Shown here: piece by piece, positions 43,203-53,735 of the stretch
Layout of the letters: each line of letters begins with the position of its first letter
How positions within the stretch are numbered: the first letter of the stretch is position 1
Assembly: GCA_000252525.1 (NCBI GenBank)
Contig: JH611157.1
Location: 253,472-317,471 of the forward strand
DNA: 64,000 nt
Reading direction: 5' to 3'
Origin: SAR86 cluster bacterium SAR86A
Lineage (GTDB): Bacteria > Pseudomonadota > Gammaproteobacteria > Magnimaribacterales > D2472
Notes under the pieces: generated by a model
Told to the model about the DNA's origin: nothing
Databases searched by the model: none
What the model saw: only the letters and a program-made list of their open reading frames with translations
Position numbers and translations under genes: made by a program

Positions 43203-43822
43203 AGATACTATTTAATAATAAACTAGGATTAATTTTTATTCTTTTATTTTCTTTATCTGCCAAAGCTGAATTTAGACTTGGGGTAGACTATACGATGGTT
43301 AGCAACCCGATGCCTGTAAAACAAGATGGTGTTGTAGAAGTGATGGAATCATTTTGGTATGGATGCAATGCATGTTATTCATTTGAACCATCAATTAATG
43401 CATGGGCTGCGGAACAAGATTCAGATGTGAAACTCGTAAAGATGCCTATTACATGGTCTGGTATTCACCAATTACATGCAGCTTTATATTACACAATAGA
43501 ATCTTTGAAACTCGATCCCTCAACACACTCAGCAGTATTTGTGACAATTCATAAGGAAGGAAATTTTTTACAAAGCCCCGCAAAAATTCAGGAATTTCTC
43601 GAGAAATTTGGAGTTGCACCAGAGCTTACATCACAATATTTGAATTCTTTCACTGTCAAGCAAAGAGTTAATAGAGGAATAAAATATGCCAAACAATTAA
43701 AGATTGATGGAGTGCCAACAATAATTGTTGACGGAAAATATGTTGTTCAATCAAAAGGCTCTTTTGGAAGGATGCTTGAGGTTGTTGATTATTTAGTTGA
43801 ACTTCAAAAACCTGTTAGTTGA
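43199..43822 (+). CDS. dsbA: Thiol:disulfide interchange protein DsbA
   Basis: Signal peptide, FWYGCNAC, cis-Pro loop GVPT, VDGKY. Confidence 0.9.
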   Translation: MKILFNNKLGLIFILLFSLSAKAEFRLGVDYTMVSNPMPVKQDGVVEVMESFWYGCNACYSFEPSINAWAAEQDSDVKLVKMPITWSGIHQLHAALYYTIESLKLDPSTHSAVFVTIHKEGNFLQSPAKIQEFLEKFGVAPELTSQYLNSFTVKQRVNRGIKYAKQLKIDGVPTIIVDGKYVVQSKGSFGRMLEVVDYLVELQKPVS

Positions 43823-44418
43823 AAATTATGAATAAGAAAAAATTACTGTTTATCATTCCTCTATGTTTTTTAGTTCTTTTTAATGGCAAAAAATATGATG
43901 AAGCTGTCAAAGAAAGGTTATTTCTTCCAATTAAGTTGTGCTTAGAGGGTGAAGATTGCGGCACAGTCTCTCAAGCATCTCAAATGTCAGCCAACGTATC
44001 ACAATCTGAAGTAAAAAAAGTTGAATTGTCAGAAGGCTCAGAACATGTTGTAAAGATGTTGAACGTAGGTGAAGGAGGCCAAATGATTTTTGAGCCTGCA
44101 GTCATAAAAGTTTCAAAGGGAGATACAATTCATTTTAAAGCTACTGATATGTCTCATAATTCTGTTTCTGTTGATGGAATGGTTCCTAGCGGTGCATCGC
44201 CATGGGCAGGACAACTTAATCAAGACATAAGTGTTACATTCGATACTGAAGGTGTTTATGTTTATCAATGCGATCCGCACGTAATGATGGCAATGATTGG
44301 AGTTATTCAGGTTGGAGATCCAATTAATATGGAAGAAATAAAGAAAGCCTCTCAGGATTACAGATCAAAATTTGTTATGAATGCTGAAAGAATAGACAAC
44401 TATCTAAATCAGCTTTAA
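43819..44418 (+). CDS. Pseudoazurin-like blue copper protein with cytochrome-c5-like N-terminal extension; likely start ATG at 43828
   Basis: VKMLN..G.MIFEP, SHNS, EGVYVYQCDPHVMMAM (type-1 Cu ligands); N-terminal EAVKERL..PIKLCLEGEDC; no CXXCH. Confidence 0.85.
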   Translation: MKIMNKKKLLFIIPLCFLVLFNGKKYDEAVKERLFLPIKLCLEGEDCGTVSQASQMSANVSQSEVKKVELSEGSEHVVKMLNVGEGGQMIFEPAVIKVSKGDTIHFKATDMSHNSVSVDGMVPSGASPWAGQLNQDISVTFDTEGVYVYQCDPHVMMAMIGVIQVGDPINMEEIKKASQDYRSKFVMNAERIDNYLNQL

Positions 44419-44645
44419 TCTTTTTCAAGCTGACTAATTCTTTTTTCTAAATCATCCACAAGATCTTTAAGATTTTGATATTTAGATTTTTTTACAAATC
44501 CACTTTTTTCAATAATCTGGTCTATTTGAGGAGATATATTTTTTTCGATGTTATTAAGAGCTTCCTTAGGGACTAGTTTTGAAACTTTATTTATCTCTTT
44601 TTCAATAATACTCCTTATCGCGCTTGAAAGATCTTTATCACTCAT
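44415..44645 (-). CDS. UbiK/BMFP-like small coiled-coil protein
   Basis: 76 aa from ATG 44645 (the track ORF is over-extended); FVKKSKYQ..KDLVDDLEKRISQLE resembles the UbiK LVxREEF..LExRxxxLE pattern. Confidence 0.55.
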   Translation of the reverse strand: MSDKDLSSAIRSIIEKEINKVSKLVPKEALNNIEKNISPQIDQIIEKSGFVKKSKYQNLKDLVDDLEKRISQLEKD

Positions 44646-45369
44646 ATTTTTCTTTAATAATTTGGGGTAATTTATACCAAGAATCAAATTCATCTGGTTT
44701 TTTAAAACTTTGACTCCACACAGCATTAGTATTATTAAACCAAAGTGCCTCAATGCCAAGGTTGAATGCTCCAAACACGTCATTAATTTGATGATCTCCA
44801 ATATGTAACATATCGCTATAGTTAGAGCTATTTATTTTGTTTAACGCTTGATCAAAATGTGATCTATTAGGTTTGCTATCTTTTGCCTCAAGTGAGCTAA
44901 TTGAAAAATCAAAAAACTTACCAATTTCAAATTTAAATATATCTGCATTTCCATTTGTAAGAATCCCAAGAGTATATTTTTGAGATAACTGTTCTATCGA
45001 TTCCTCAACACCATCATAAAATTCTACTTCGTGTCTTTTTTGAATGAATATTTCAAAAGCCTTATCAACTAATTCGTTTCTGTAAGATTCTGGTTCTATA
45101 TGAATAAGTTTCTTTCTAAAAATTTCTTTTCTAAGTTTACTTATATCCCATGCAATACTTTCATCTTCTTTAATTAACTCTTCTCTAAGATTAAGAAAAT
45201 CATCAAAATCACCCCATTCAATCCTACCGACTTTATCTTCAATCCACTTCCTTGTATCTATCTCTGCTTTTCTTATAGTGGGCATGTTATCCCAAAGAGT
45301 ATCATCAAGATCAAAGGTAATGAGTTCAATTTTTTTATTCATTCTTTGCCCTTGGATGTGCTTCATCAT
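44638..45369 (-). CDS. HAD-superfamily hydrolase (YigB-like); likely start ATG at 45342
   Basis: FDLDDTLWD, LTNGNAD, KP, HIGDHQINDV; downstream of xerC. Confidence 0.9.
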   Translation of the reverse strand: MMKHIQGQRMNKKIELITFDLDDTLWDNMPTIRKAEIDTRKWIEDKVGRIEWGDFDDFLNLREELIKEDESIAWDISKLRKEIFRKKLIHIEPESYRNELVDKAFEIFIQKRHEVEFYDGVEESIEQLSQKYTLGILTNGNADIFKFEIGKFFDFSISSLEAKDSKPNRSHFDQALNKINSSNYSDMLHIGDHQINDVFGAFNLGIEALWFNNTNAVWSQSFKKPDEFDSWYKLPQIIKEKYE

Positions 45370-46234
45370 AGATTTTTGCTAGATGCTGATAATCTAATTT
45401 AGTGTAGATCTGAGTCGTAGATAAAGAACTATGACCTAATAACTCTTGAATGGTTCTCAAATCTCCACTTGATTCAAGCATATGTGTTGCAAAACTATGT
45501 CTCAACATATGAGGATGAATTGGAGGAAGCCCCTGTTTGATTGCCATCTTCTTAAGCCTTAATTGAACACTTCGGATTGACAGTCTGCTACCTTTCGAAT
45601 TAAGGAAAAGAGCTTCCGTATCATTAGATATTTTTTTTCTTTCATTTAACCAGTTTTCAACAGCTTTAATTGCAAACTTTCCTAAAGGCACAAGCCTTGT
45701 CTTAGAGCCCTTACCAAGCACTCTTAGAAACGCCATATCGTCTTCGAAATCAGTAATATTAATATTAATTGCCTCAGAAACTCTTAACCCAGAAGAGTAC
45801 ATTAATTCAACTATAGCCATGTCTCTTATCTCGATAACAGAGCTTGGTTTAAAATTTAGTAACTGTTCTACGTCTTCAGGAGACAAAACATCCGGCAGGG
45901 TGTTTGCAATTTTTGGCGCTGTAACTAAGTCAAGAGGAGAAGAAGAAATCAACCCATTTTTTTTTAAAAATCTAAAGAAACCTTTTGCAGAAGATAAATG
46001 TCTTTGTATGCTTCTAGGATTATTACCTGAAGTGTAGAGATCGCCAATCCATGCAGAACATACTTCATCATCTATTTGATTATATTGAGATATATTTAAA
46101 CTATTGATAAATGCAGCAAATTTTTTTAGGTCTCTTTCATAAGATAAGGATGTATTTTTAGATAGGTTTTTTACATCCGAAACATAAAGTATGTAATCTT
46201 TAATATTTTTATGGATAAACTTATCATTTTCCAT
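45335..46234 (-). CDS. xerC: Tyrosine recombinase XerC
   Basis: SSGLRVSE, GKGSK, HPHMLRHSFATH, LGHSSLSTTQIY; dapF-DUF484-xerC-HAD synteny. Confidence 0.94.
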   Translation of the reverse strand: MENDKFIHKNIKDYILYVSDVKNLSKNTSLSYERDLKKFAAFINSLNISQYNQIDDEVCSAWIGDLYTSGNNPRSIQRHLSSAKGFFRFLKKNGLISSSPLDLVTAPKIANTLPDVLSPEDVEQLLNFKPSSVIEIRDMAIVELMYSSGLRVSEAININITDFEDDMAFLRVLGKGSKTRLVPLGKFAIKAVENWLNERKKISNDTEALFLNSKGSRLSIRSVQLRLKKMAIKQGLPPIHPHMLRHSFATHMLESSGDLRTIQELLGHSSLSTTQIYTKLDYQHLAKIYDEAHPRAKNE

Positions 46235-46236
46235 AA

Positions 46237-46860
46237 TTATTTCATCAATTTTTTCTCAAGAACATCTCTTATATATTCTATAAATGTAGTATCTTCATCT
46301 CCTAGATATTTTGTTCTGTCATAGCTACCCAACTTTAATAAACCAATTTCTTCCTGCAAAACAATAACTGCAATAACTAGAGATTCAATTTTTTCATCTC
46401 CATTAAATAAATATGACATTTTCTCATTTGAAAAAGAACCACAATGAATTGCTCCTTTATGCATTGATAATTCTGTTTTTTTCTCAATTTCATCTATTTG
46501 TTTATTGTCAAAAAATTCCAAGAGACATTTATCAACATTAAAATCTTTTTTGAAACTTTCATTAACTTTGTTTATTACTTTTTTGTTTGAGCTCGATTCA
46601 AGTATTTTTAAAGTTAAATCTTTTGATTTGTTAAATAAATCTTCATTGATTGAGGCTGTATCAATATAAGATTTTAAAAGTTCAATTATATTTTTATGTT
46701 CTTCCCTAAGTTTTAAAACCTGCCTTTCCAATATAGAAGATGCAGAACTTTGAGAATGCTTGAAATTCATTTCACTCAAAAGAGACTCTCTTGTTTCAAA
46801 AAAATCTAAGTTTTCAAGAAGAAATATTTCTACTGCTTTTGGATCTAATTTTTCACTCAT
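46237..46860 (-). CDS. DUF484 (YigA-like) protein
   Basis: FL.EN.DFF, SILERQV..LR, LGS.D; position between dapF and xerC. Confidence 0.8.
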   Translation of the reverse strand: MSEKLDPKAVEIFLLENLDFFETRESLLSEMNFKHSQSSASSILERQVLKLREEHKNIIELLKSYIDTASINEDLFNKSKDLTLKILESSSNKKVINKVNESFKKDFNVDKCLLEFFDNKQIDEIEKKTELSMHKGAIHCGSFSNEKMSYLFNGDEKIESLVIAVIVLQEEIGLLKLGSYDRTKYLGDEDTTFIEYIRDVLEKKLMK

Positions 46861-47650
46861 TAATATTTCCTTTGTATATGAAAGTTGTAGGCCCTTTCAT
46901 TAATATAGCATCTTTAATCTTTTTAAAAATTATTTCACCGCCAAATGTTTTTACTGTAATTAAATCATCTTTTTTTGATAAAAAGTTTGATGCAACACAC
47001 AAAGATGCCGATCCACATGATAAAGTCTCACCAACTCCATTTTCATAAGTCCTCAAATCAATGATATTTTTTGTCTTTTTGAAAATTGATAGATTCATCT
47101 CATGTTTTTGTATATCGTTACTAAGTTCAGAATATATTCCATTTAAATCAATTTTCTCTATTGAATTAAATTTAATAAAAAGGTGATTATTACCAGTATT
47201 TAGAAGAAAAAAGTTTTTACTAATTTTTTTAGAAATTTTTCTCTCTAAGTTGGGGTGATTGATCTTTTCTGGAACAATTATTTCTACATTTACACTACTT
47301 TTTCCAACTGGTGAGCAGGTAAGCACCTTAGTTTTAGTTTTAATACAAATGTTATTTAAAGGCGCGAAACTATTATTCCATATATATCTTGCTGCACACC
47401 TAATGCCATTCAAACACATTCCAGCTTCAGAACCATCTGAGTTAAAAAATCGTATGAAGAAATCATGAGACTCTTTCGTGGGAAGAGTTACGAAAATAAG
47501 CTGATCAAATCCTATTCCTTTATTTCTATTAGCAGTTTTTTTAATGAAAGTTTTTGTAATCCTTATTTTTTTATCAATGGAATTTATGATTACAAAGTCA
47601 TTTCCATTTCCATGCCACTTTTCAAAATTAACCACTGAGGTCAACCTCAT
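46853..47650 (-). CDS. dapF: Diaminopimelate epimerase; likely start GTG near 47635
   Basis: KWHGNGNDF, GIGFDQ, NSDGSEAGMCLNG, ENGVGETLSCGS. Confidence 0.93.
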   Translation of the reverse strand: MRLTSVVNFEKWHGNGNDFVIINSIDKKIRITKTFIKKTANRNKGIGFDQLIFVTLPTKESHDFFIRFFNSDGSEAGMCLNGIRCAARYIWNNSFAPLNNICIKTKTKVLTCSPVGKSSVNVEIIVPEKINHPNLERKISKKISKNFFLLNTGNNHLFIKFNSIEKIDLNGIYSELSNDIQKHEMNLSIFKKTKNIIDLRTYENGVGETLSCGSASLCVASNFLSKKDDLITVKTFGGEIIFKKIKDAILMKGPTTFIYKGNINE

Positions 47651-48863
47651 TTTTTAAGAGATCTTCATAGGTTTCTCTCTTTCGTATTAATTCATACTTA
47701 TCATTGCTCACAAGAATTTCAGGCGGTTTTCTTCTTGAATTGTAATTTGAGGACATTACGTGCCCATATGCGCCGGCAGTTTCAACTGCAATAATGTCTC
47801 CTTCGGCAGCTTCCATTTCATAGTCTTTTGCCAATACATCAGAAGACTCACAAATGGGGCCAACTATTGTCCAGCTTCCATTATTTCCAGCACCTTTTGT
47901 TGTATTTATAACACTATGTTTTGCATTATAAAGAGCTGGTCTTATGAGATCATTCATTCCAGCATCAATAATTAGATAGTTCTCTTTGATGTATTCAATT
48001 TTTGAAATCATAATACCTGCATTACCTGAGATGCTTCTCCCAGGCTCTAATATAATTTTTTCATCTCTGTCTTGTAATTCGTTTTCAATTATTTTTAAAA
48101 GATCTTTTGGTGAAGGAAAATTAGAATCTGTATATGAAATACCTAGCCCACCACCTACATCAAGAAATTTTAGTTCAATATTCATTTTATTGACTTCTTC
48201 TGCAAGTTTCTTTGTAAAGTTTGCAGCAGCTTTAAAGTCATCTAGTTCAAATATTTGAGAACCAATATGACAAGATAATCCAATTAAATTTAGATGTTCT
48301 GAATTAGAAATATATTTTGCTAGTTTTAAAGTTTCACTTACGAGAATTCCAAATTTATCTTTCTTTCTTCCTGTTTTAATGTACTCATGACCACCCGCAT
48401 CTATTTCTGGATTAAATCTGATAGCCACATCAACAAGCTTTTTTTTATCTCTAGCTATTTTTTCAATTCTCATCATCTCTGATTTAGATTCAATATTGAA
48501 AGACAGAATATTTTTTTCGATACCAAAAAGAATTTCTTCATCAGTTTTTGCTATTCCTGTAAAGATGATTTTTTTTGGATCTGCTCCAGCAAGAAGAGTT
48601 CGCTCGAGTTCTCCACCAGATACAATATCGAATCCAGATCCTTTTTCACTTAGAAATTTAAGAATTGATAAATTACTCAATGACTTTACTGAAAAACATA
48701 TCAAGCCACTTTTTTTATCAAATGCATTAGCATAAGCATCAAAATTTTCAGAAAGTGTCTTTTTTGAATAAATGTATGCAGGAGTGCCATATTTATCCGC
48801 AATATCACTTATCTTAACTTTTTCGCAATAAAGAATATTATTTTTATAACTAAAATAACTCAT
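47628..48863 (-). CDS. lysA: Diaminopimelate decarboxylase
   Basis: GTPAYIY, FSVK, HIGSQ, DVGGG, EPGR, GPICESSD. Confidence 0.96.
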   Translation of the reverse strand: MSYFSYKNNILYCEKVKISDIADKYGTPAYIYSKKTLSENFDAYANAFDKKSGLICFSVKSLSNLSILKFLSEKGSGFDIVSGGELERTLLAGADPKKIIFTGIAKTDEEILFGIEKNILSFNIESKSEMMRIEKIARDKKKLVDVAIRFNPEIDAGGHEYIKTGRKKDKFGILVSETLKLAKYISNSEHLNLIGLSCHIGSQIFELDDFKAAANFTKKLAEEVNKMNIELKFLDVGGGLGISYTDSNFPSPKDLLKIIENELQDRDEKIILEPGRSISGNAGIMISKIEYIKENYLIIDAGMNDLIRPALYNAKHSVINTTKGAGNNGSWTIVGPICESSDVLAKDYEMEAAEGDIIAVETAGAYGHVMSSNYNSRRKPPEILVSNDKYELIRKRETYEDLLKNEVDLSG

Positions 48864-48882
48864 ATCAAAGTAAATTTTGTTT

Positions 48883-48963
48883 CTAGAATATCAAGGGACC
48901 TTTTACGCCACAACCAACCAAAATAAATAAAAAAGCTAAATAAAAAATTTTTTTGAAGTTCAT
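48883..48963 (-). CDS. lptM: Small lipoprotein LptM/LppL (YifL)
   Basis: Hand translation MNFKKIFYLAFLFILVG-CGVKGPLIF*; lipobox LVGC, CGxKGPL motif, canonical position upstream of lysA-dapF. Confidence 0.8.
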   Translation of the reverse strand: MNFKKIFYLAFLFILVGCGVKGPLIF

Positions 48964-49009
48964 AGATCATATTATGGATACAAATATCCATAATTGATAC
49001 TTATAAGAA

Positions 49010-50404
49010 TTAGTATTTGTAACTTTCTTCTTTGAATGGACCGTCTTGAGGTACATTAATGTAATCAGCTTGGTCTTTTGTGAGTTTTGTAACAGTTCCG
49101 CCAAATCCCTCTACCATTAAGCTTGCAACTTCCTCATCTAATTTTTTAGGTAAGACTTCTACAGTAATCATTTCAGCTCTTGTGTCCTCATCGTTTATGT
49201 TCGCAAAACCTTGCTTGTATAAATGTATTTGAGCTAAAACTTGATTAGCGAAAGAACCATCCATTATTCTGCTTGGGTGTCCTGTTGCATTTCCTAAATT
49301 AACCAGCCTTCCCTCTGCAAGAAGAATAATATAGTTTTTACTGGAAAGATCTGGAGTTCCATCAGGAGCAGTATCTCTAAAGATTCTGTGAACCTGAGGC
49401 TTTATTTCATCCCAATAATAATTTTCTCTCATGAAAGCAGTATCGATCTCATTATCAAAGTGACCAATATTACAAACCACTGCAGTGTTTTTTAGGGTAC
49501 TTAACATTGCAGAATCACAAACGTTAACGTTTCCAGTTGTGGTTACAACTAGATCAGTATCTCCCATAACCTGCATATTAATGTCTGCAGCATTTCTAGT
49601 AACCACACCATCTTTGTAGCACGAAACCACTGAAAAACCATCCATGCATGCTTGCATTGCACAAATTGGATCTGATTCTACAACACTCACAATCATTCCT
49701 TCTTGAGCAAGGCTAGCTGCAGAACCTTTACCAACATCTCCATAACCAATAACTAAACCTTTTTTACCAGAAAGCAACATATCTGTTCCTCTTTTCAAGG
49801 CATCATTAAGACTATGCCTGCAACCATATTTGTTATCATTTTTTGCTTTAGTTACTGAATCATTGACATTGATAGCAGGAACTTTTAGTTCTCCTTTTTC
49901 AAGCATTTCTTTAAGTCTGTGAACGCCAGTTGTAGTCTCTTCAGATACTCCATGGATCGTTTCAAGCATTTCTGGAAATTTTTCATGAACCATCGCTGTG
50001 AGATCACTTCCATCATCAAGAATCATATTTGCATCCCATGGTTTTCCGTCTTTACATATAGTTTGTTCAATACACCATTCAAACTCCTCTTCAGTTTCAC
50101 CCTTCCAAGCGAAAACAGGAACTCCTCTTGCTGCCATTGCAGCAGCCGCATGATCTTGCGTCGAGAAAATATTACATGATGACCATCTAAGCTCAGCTCC
50201 TAAATCGATAAGTGTTTCCATCAAAACAGCTGTTTGAATAGTCATATGGATACATCCCATAATTTTTGCTCCAGCTAGAGGCTGCTCAGACCTATATTTT
50301 TCTCTTAAGGCCATTAATGCGGGCATTTCATTTTCAGCAAGAGAAATTTCTCTCCTACCGAATTCAGCTAAATTAATATCTGCTACTTTATAATCATTTT
50401 CCAT
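49010..50404 (-). CDS. ahcY: Adenosylhomocysteinase
   Basis: [42 protein letters not shown]. Confidence 0.98.
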   Translation of the reverse strand: MENDYKVADINLAEFGRREISLAENEMPALMALREKYRSEQPLAGAKIMGCIHMTIQTAVLMETLIDLGAELRWSSCNIFSTQDHAAAAMAARGVPVFAWKGETEEEFEWCIEQTICKDGKPWDANMILDDGSDLTAMVHEKFPEMLETIHGVSEETTTGVHRLKEMLEKGELKVPAINVNDSVTKAKNDNKYGCRHSLNDALKRGTDMLLSGKKGLVIGYGDVGKGSAASLAQEGMIVSVVESDPICAMQACMDGFSVVSCYKDGVVTRNAADINMQVMGDTDLVVTTTGNVNVCDSAMLSTLKNTAVVCNIGHFDNEIDTAFMRENYYWDEIKPQVHRIFRDTAPDGTPDLSSKNYIILLAEGRLVNLGNATGHPSRIMDGSFANQVLAQIHLYKQGFANINDEDTRAEMITVEVLPKKLDEEVASLMVEGFGGTVTKLTKDQADYINVPQDGPFKEESYKY

Positions 50405-50427
50405 TTTATATTCCTTGTTAAAAAATT

Positions 50428-51582
50428 TTACTGCGAAATTTCTGAAGCTTTATCTGTTTTTTCCCATGATAAATCAATATCTGTTCTTCCGAAATGTCCA
50501 TAGGCAGCAGTTGGGAGGTATATAGGCCTCTTTAAATCAAGCATATTTATAAGGCTCTTTGGCCTCAAGTCAAAATGCTCCTCAACTATTTTCTCAATTG
50601 CATCTTTTGAAATTTTCTCACTATCAAAAGTATTAACATTAATTGACGTTGGCTTAGCTACTCCAATTGCATATGAAACTTGAATCTCACAATAGTCAGC
50701 TAGTCCAGCTGCAACTATATTTTTAGCAACATATCTTGCTGCATAAGCAGCAGATCTATCAACCTTTGAAGGATCTTTTCCAGAGAAAGCGCCACCTCCA
50801 TGACGCGCCATTCCTCCATAGGTATCAACAATAATTTTTCTGCCAGTAAGCCCACAATCTCCAACTGGACCACCAATTACAAATTTTCCTGTTGGATTGA
50901 TATATATTTTAGTTGAATCTAATATCCATTCACTTGGAACAATTGGCTTAATTATATGCTCCATTACACCTTCTTTTATGTCATCTTGAGTTACATCCTC
51001 ATCATGTTGTGTTGAAAGCACAATAGCTGAAAGTCCTTCTATAGTTTTTCCGTCATCTGAATATATTGCACTAACTTGACTCTTTGCATCTGGTCTTAAC
51101 CAAGACAGGCCGCCTTCTTTCATAACGTCAGCTTGTTTTTTTACTAGTCTATGAGATAAATCAATTGGAAGCGGCATTAAAGAATCAGTTTCTGTGCATG
51201 CGTATCCAAACATTAAACCTTGATCTCCAGCACCTTGTTCAAGATTTTCACCTTCTCCCTCTGTAACTCCTTGAGATATGTCTGGTGATTGCTCAAATAC
51301 TAAGTTGGTAAATTCACAAGTTTCTCCATTAAAACCATAATCATCTGTATCATAGCCAATATCACTAATAGTCTTTCTTACAATTGGTTCTAAATCTGGG
51401 CTGCCCGTAGATGTAATTTCACCAGCGATGTAAACCATATTGTTTTTGATCATAGTTTCACATGCAACTCTACTGTTTGGATCTTCCGTTAGATATGCAT
51501 CAAGGACAGCATCTGATATTTGATCACATACTTTGTCTGGATGACCTGCTGATACTGATTCCGAAGTAAATATATAACTCAT
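50428..51582 (-). CDS. metK: S-adenosylmethionine synthetase
   Basis: [26 protein letters not shown]. Confidence 0.98.
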   Translation of the reverse strand: MSYIFTSESVSAGHPDKVCDQISDAVLDAYLTEDPNSRVACETMIKNNMVYIAGEITSTGSPDLEPIVRKTISDIGYDTDDYGFNGETCEFTNLVFEQSPDISQGVTEGEGENLEQGAGDQGLMFGYACTETDSLMPLPIDLSHRLVKKQADVMKEGGLSWLRPDAKSQVSAIYSDDGKTIEGLSAIVLSTQHDEDVTQDDIKEGVMEHIIKPIVPSEWILDSTKIYINPTGKFVIGGPVGDCGLTGRKIIVDTYGGMARHGGGAFSGKDPSKVDRSAAYAARYVAKNIVAAGLADYCEIQVSYAIGVAKPTSINVNTFDSEKISKDAIEKIVEEHFDLRPKSLINMLDLKRPIYLPTAAYGHFGRTDIDLSWEKTDKASEISQ

Positions 51583-51746
51583 AAACTCTCTCCCTGGGTG
51601 TGAATTTTATCTTAAAAAATTCAAAGAAACGTCTTTTTGTTAGACAAAGAACACAATTGAAATATTTTATAACAAAAAGTCATTTTATACCTATGCTTTT
51701 CCATACAAAAATATTATTATCGATAAAAATACTTGGGGAAATTTAA

Positions 51747-53735
51747 TTGCAGCAATCAGATCATATTAACGTACTAAGATTTTTGTCTGCTGATGCTGTA
51801 CAAAAAGCTAATTCAGGTCATCCTGGTATGCCAATGGGTATGGCAGAAATCGCCACCGCACTTTGGAGTAAACACTTAAGACATAATCCAAAAAATCCAA
51901 CTTGGTTCAATAGAGATAGATTTGTACTTTCAAATGGGCATGGCTCAATGCTTTTATACAGCTTACTGCACCTAACTGGTTATGATCTGTCAATTAATGA
52001 CATCAAGGACTTCAGAAAGCTCAAATCAAAAACACCTGGACATCCTGAATATGATATTGATATTGGTATTGAAACAACAACCGGTCCATTAGGACAAGGA
52101 ATTGCAAATGCAGTAGGAATGGCAGTTGCAGAAAAAATCTTAGCAGCAGAATTTAATAAGGATGATATTAAGCCTATTGATCATTTCACTTATGTTTTTC
52201 TTGGAGATGGATGTTTGATGGAAGGAATTTCTCATGAAGCTTGTTCATTTGCTGGAACTCATAATCTTGGCAAATTAATATGTTTTTATGATCAAAATGG
52301 AATTTCTATTGATGGAGAGATTGAACATTGGTTTACAGACGATTCTGTAAAAAGATTTGAAAGTTATGGTTGGCAAACGATATGTGTAGATGGTCATGAT
52401 ATTGAAGACATTGATGGAGCAATACATAAAGCAAAAGAGGAAGTGAATAAACCAACAATGATATTTTGTAAAACAACTATTGGCTATGGTTCGCCAAATA
52501 AGTCAGGTACAGCAGATGTTCATGGAGCGCCTCTTGGCGATGAAGAATTAAAAGAAACAAGAGAAGTGCTTGGTTGGAATTACAAACCCTTCGAAGTTCC
52601 TCAAGAGGTATACGATTTCTGGAACTTTAAAGAAGAAGGTGCATCATTCAATGATTCTTGGAATAAGCTTTTAAAAGATTATGAAAAAAAATATCCAAAT
52701 GACTCATTAGAACTTCATAGAAGAATTGATGGACACTTACCAAATAATTTTCAGGAAAGCTATGAAAGTTTTTTGAATGAATGCAACTCAAATAACTTAT
52801 CTATGGCAACTAGGAAAGCATCAAAAGCATGCCTAGACTTTTTTGTAAAAGAGATGCCAGAACTTATCGGAGGTTCTGCTGACCTAACACCCTCGAATAA
52901 CACTTTTTCATCATCTAGTTCGACATTTTCAAATGAAAACGCATCAGGAAATCACATCAATTATGGGGTAAGAGAGTTTGGAATGTCCGCAATTATGAAT
53001 GGAATGGTCCTTCATGGGGCAATTAAACCATATGGTGCTACATTTTTGGTCTTTACTGACTACGCAAGAAATGCGGTAAGGTTATCAGCGTTAATGAAGC
53101 TACCAAACATATTTGTCTATACTCATGATTCAGTTGCTTTGGGTGAGGATGGACCAACTCACCAACCTATTGAGCATATGGTGACTTTAAGATCCACTCC
53201 TAATTTAAATAACTGGCGTCCAGCTGATCTTGTAGAGACAGCTGTTTCATGGAAAAGTGCTGTTAGCTCTCAAAAGACGCCAACTTGTTTGATTTATAGC
53301 AGACAGGGAACCTCAGCGATAAAGAGGTCTCCTGACCAAATATCTATGATTGATATGGGAGGATATTTATTGGAGGAAAGTGATGACTTTGATTTAACAA
53401 TTGTCGCATCTGGAAGTGAAGTTCAGTTAGCTTTAGATGCTGCAAAAGAGTTGAAGAATGATTCAATTAATGCAAATGTTGTATCAATGCCCTGTCTAGA
53501 TATTTTCTTAGACCAAGATAAAGAGTATCAAAATAAGATCATTAATCCTGAAAAGCCTGTTTTAGTGGTTGAATGTGCTCATCCTAATTCTTGGTACAGG
53601 ATTTTAAACAGAAATGATAAAGTCATAGGTATTGAAACATTTGGGGAGTCCGCACCTGGCAGTGAGTTACTAAATCATTTTGGATTTAATACTGATAACG
53701 TTATCAAAACTGCAAAATCATTAATAAATGATTAA
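51747..53735 (+). CDS. tkt: Transketolase (TTG start)
   Basis: SGHPG, SNGHGSM, GDGCLMEG, THDSVALGEDGPTHQP. Confidence 0.97.
   Translation: MQQSDHINVLRFLSADAVQKANSGHPGMPMGMAEIATALWSKHLRHNPKNPTWFNRDRFVLSNGHGSMLLYSLLHLTGYDLSINDIKDFRKLKSKTPGHPEYDIDIGIETTTGPLGQGIANAVGMAVAEKILAAEFNKDDIKPIDHFTYVFLGDGCLMEGISHEACSFAGTHNLGKLICFYDQNGISIDGEIEHWFTDDSVKRFESYGWQTICVDGHDIEDIDGAIHKAKEEVNKPTMIFCKTTIGYGSPNKSGTADVHGAPLGDEELKETREVLGWNYKPFEVPQEVYDFWNFKEEGASFNDSWNKLLKDYEKKYPNDSLELHRRIDGHLPNNFQESYESFLNECNSNNLSMATRKASKACLDFFVKEMPELIGGSADLTPSNNTFSSSSSTFSNENASGNHINYGVREFGMSAIMNGMVLHGAIKPYGATFLVFTDYARNAVRLSALMKLPNIFVYTHDSVALGEDGPTHQPIEHMVTLRSTPNLNNWRPADLVETAVSWKSAVSSQKTPTCLIYSRQGTSAIKRSPDQISMIDMGGYLLEESDDFDLTIVASGSEVQLALDAAKELKNDSINANVVSMPCLDIFLDQDKEYQNKIINPEKPVLVVECAHPNSWYRILNRNDKVIGIETFGESAPGSELLNHFGFNTDNVIKTAKSLIND

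Noticed and set aside
44646-44801. N-terminal extension of the 128-aa ORF 44415-44801
   Set aside because: Overlaps the HAD hydrolase gene in another frame; the plausible gene starts at ATG 44645.
45335-46234. Tyrosine recombinase as a sign of a prophage or integrative element
   Set aside because: It is housekeeping XerC in the conserved dapF-DUF484-xerC-HAD operon, with no att sites or cargo.
51583-51746. Possible SAM/SAH riboswitch upstream of metK-ahcY
   Set aside because: I could not recognise SAM-II, SAM-V or SAH consensus elements; only a weak AT-rich stem (TGAATTTT/AAAATTCA) is present. An Rfam scan would settle it.
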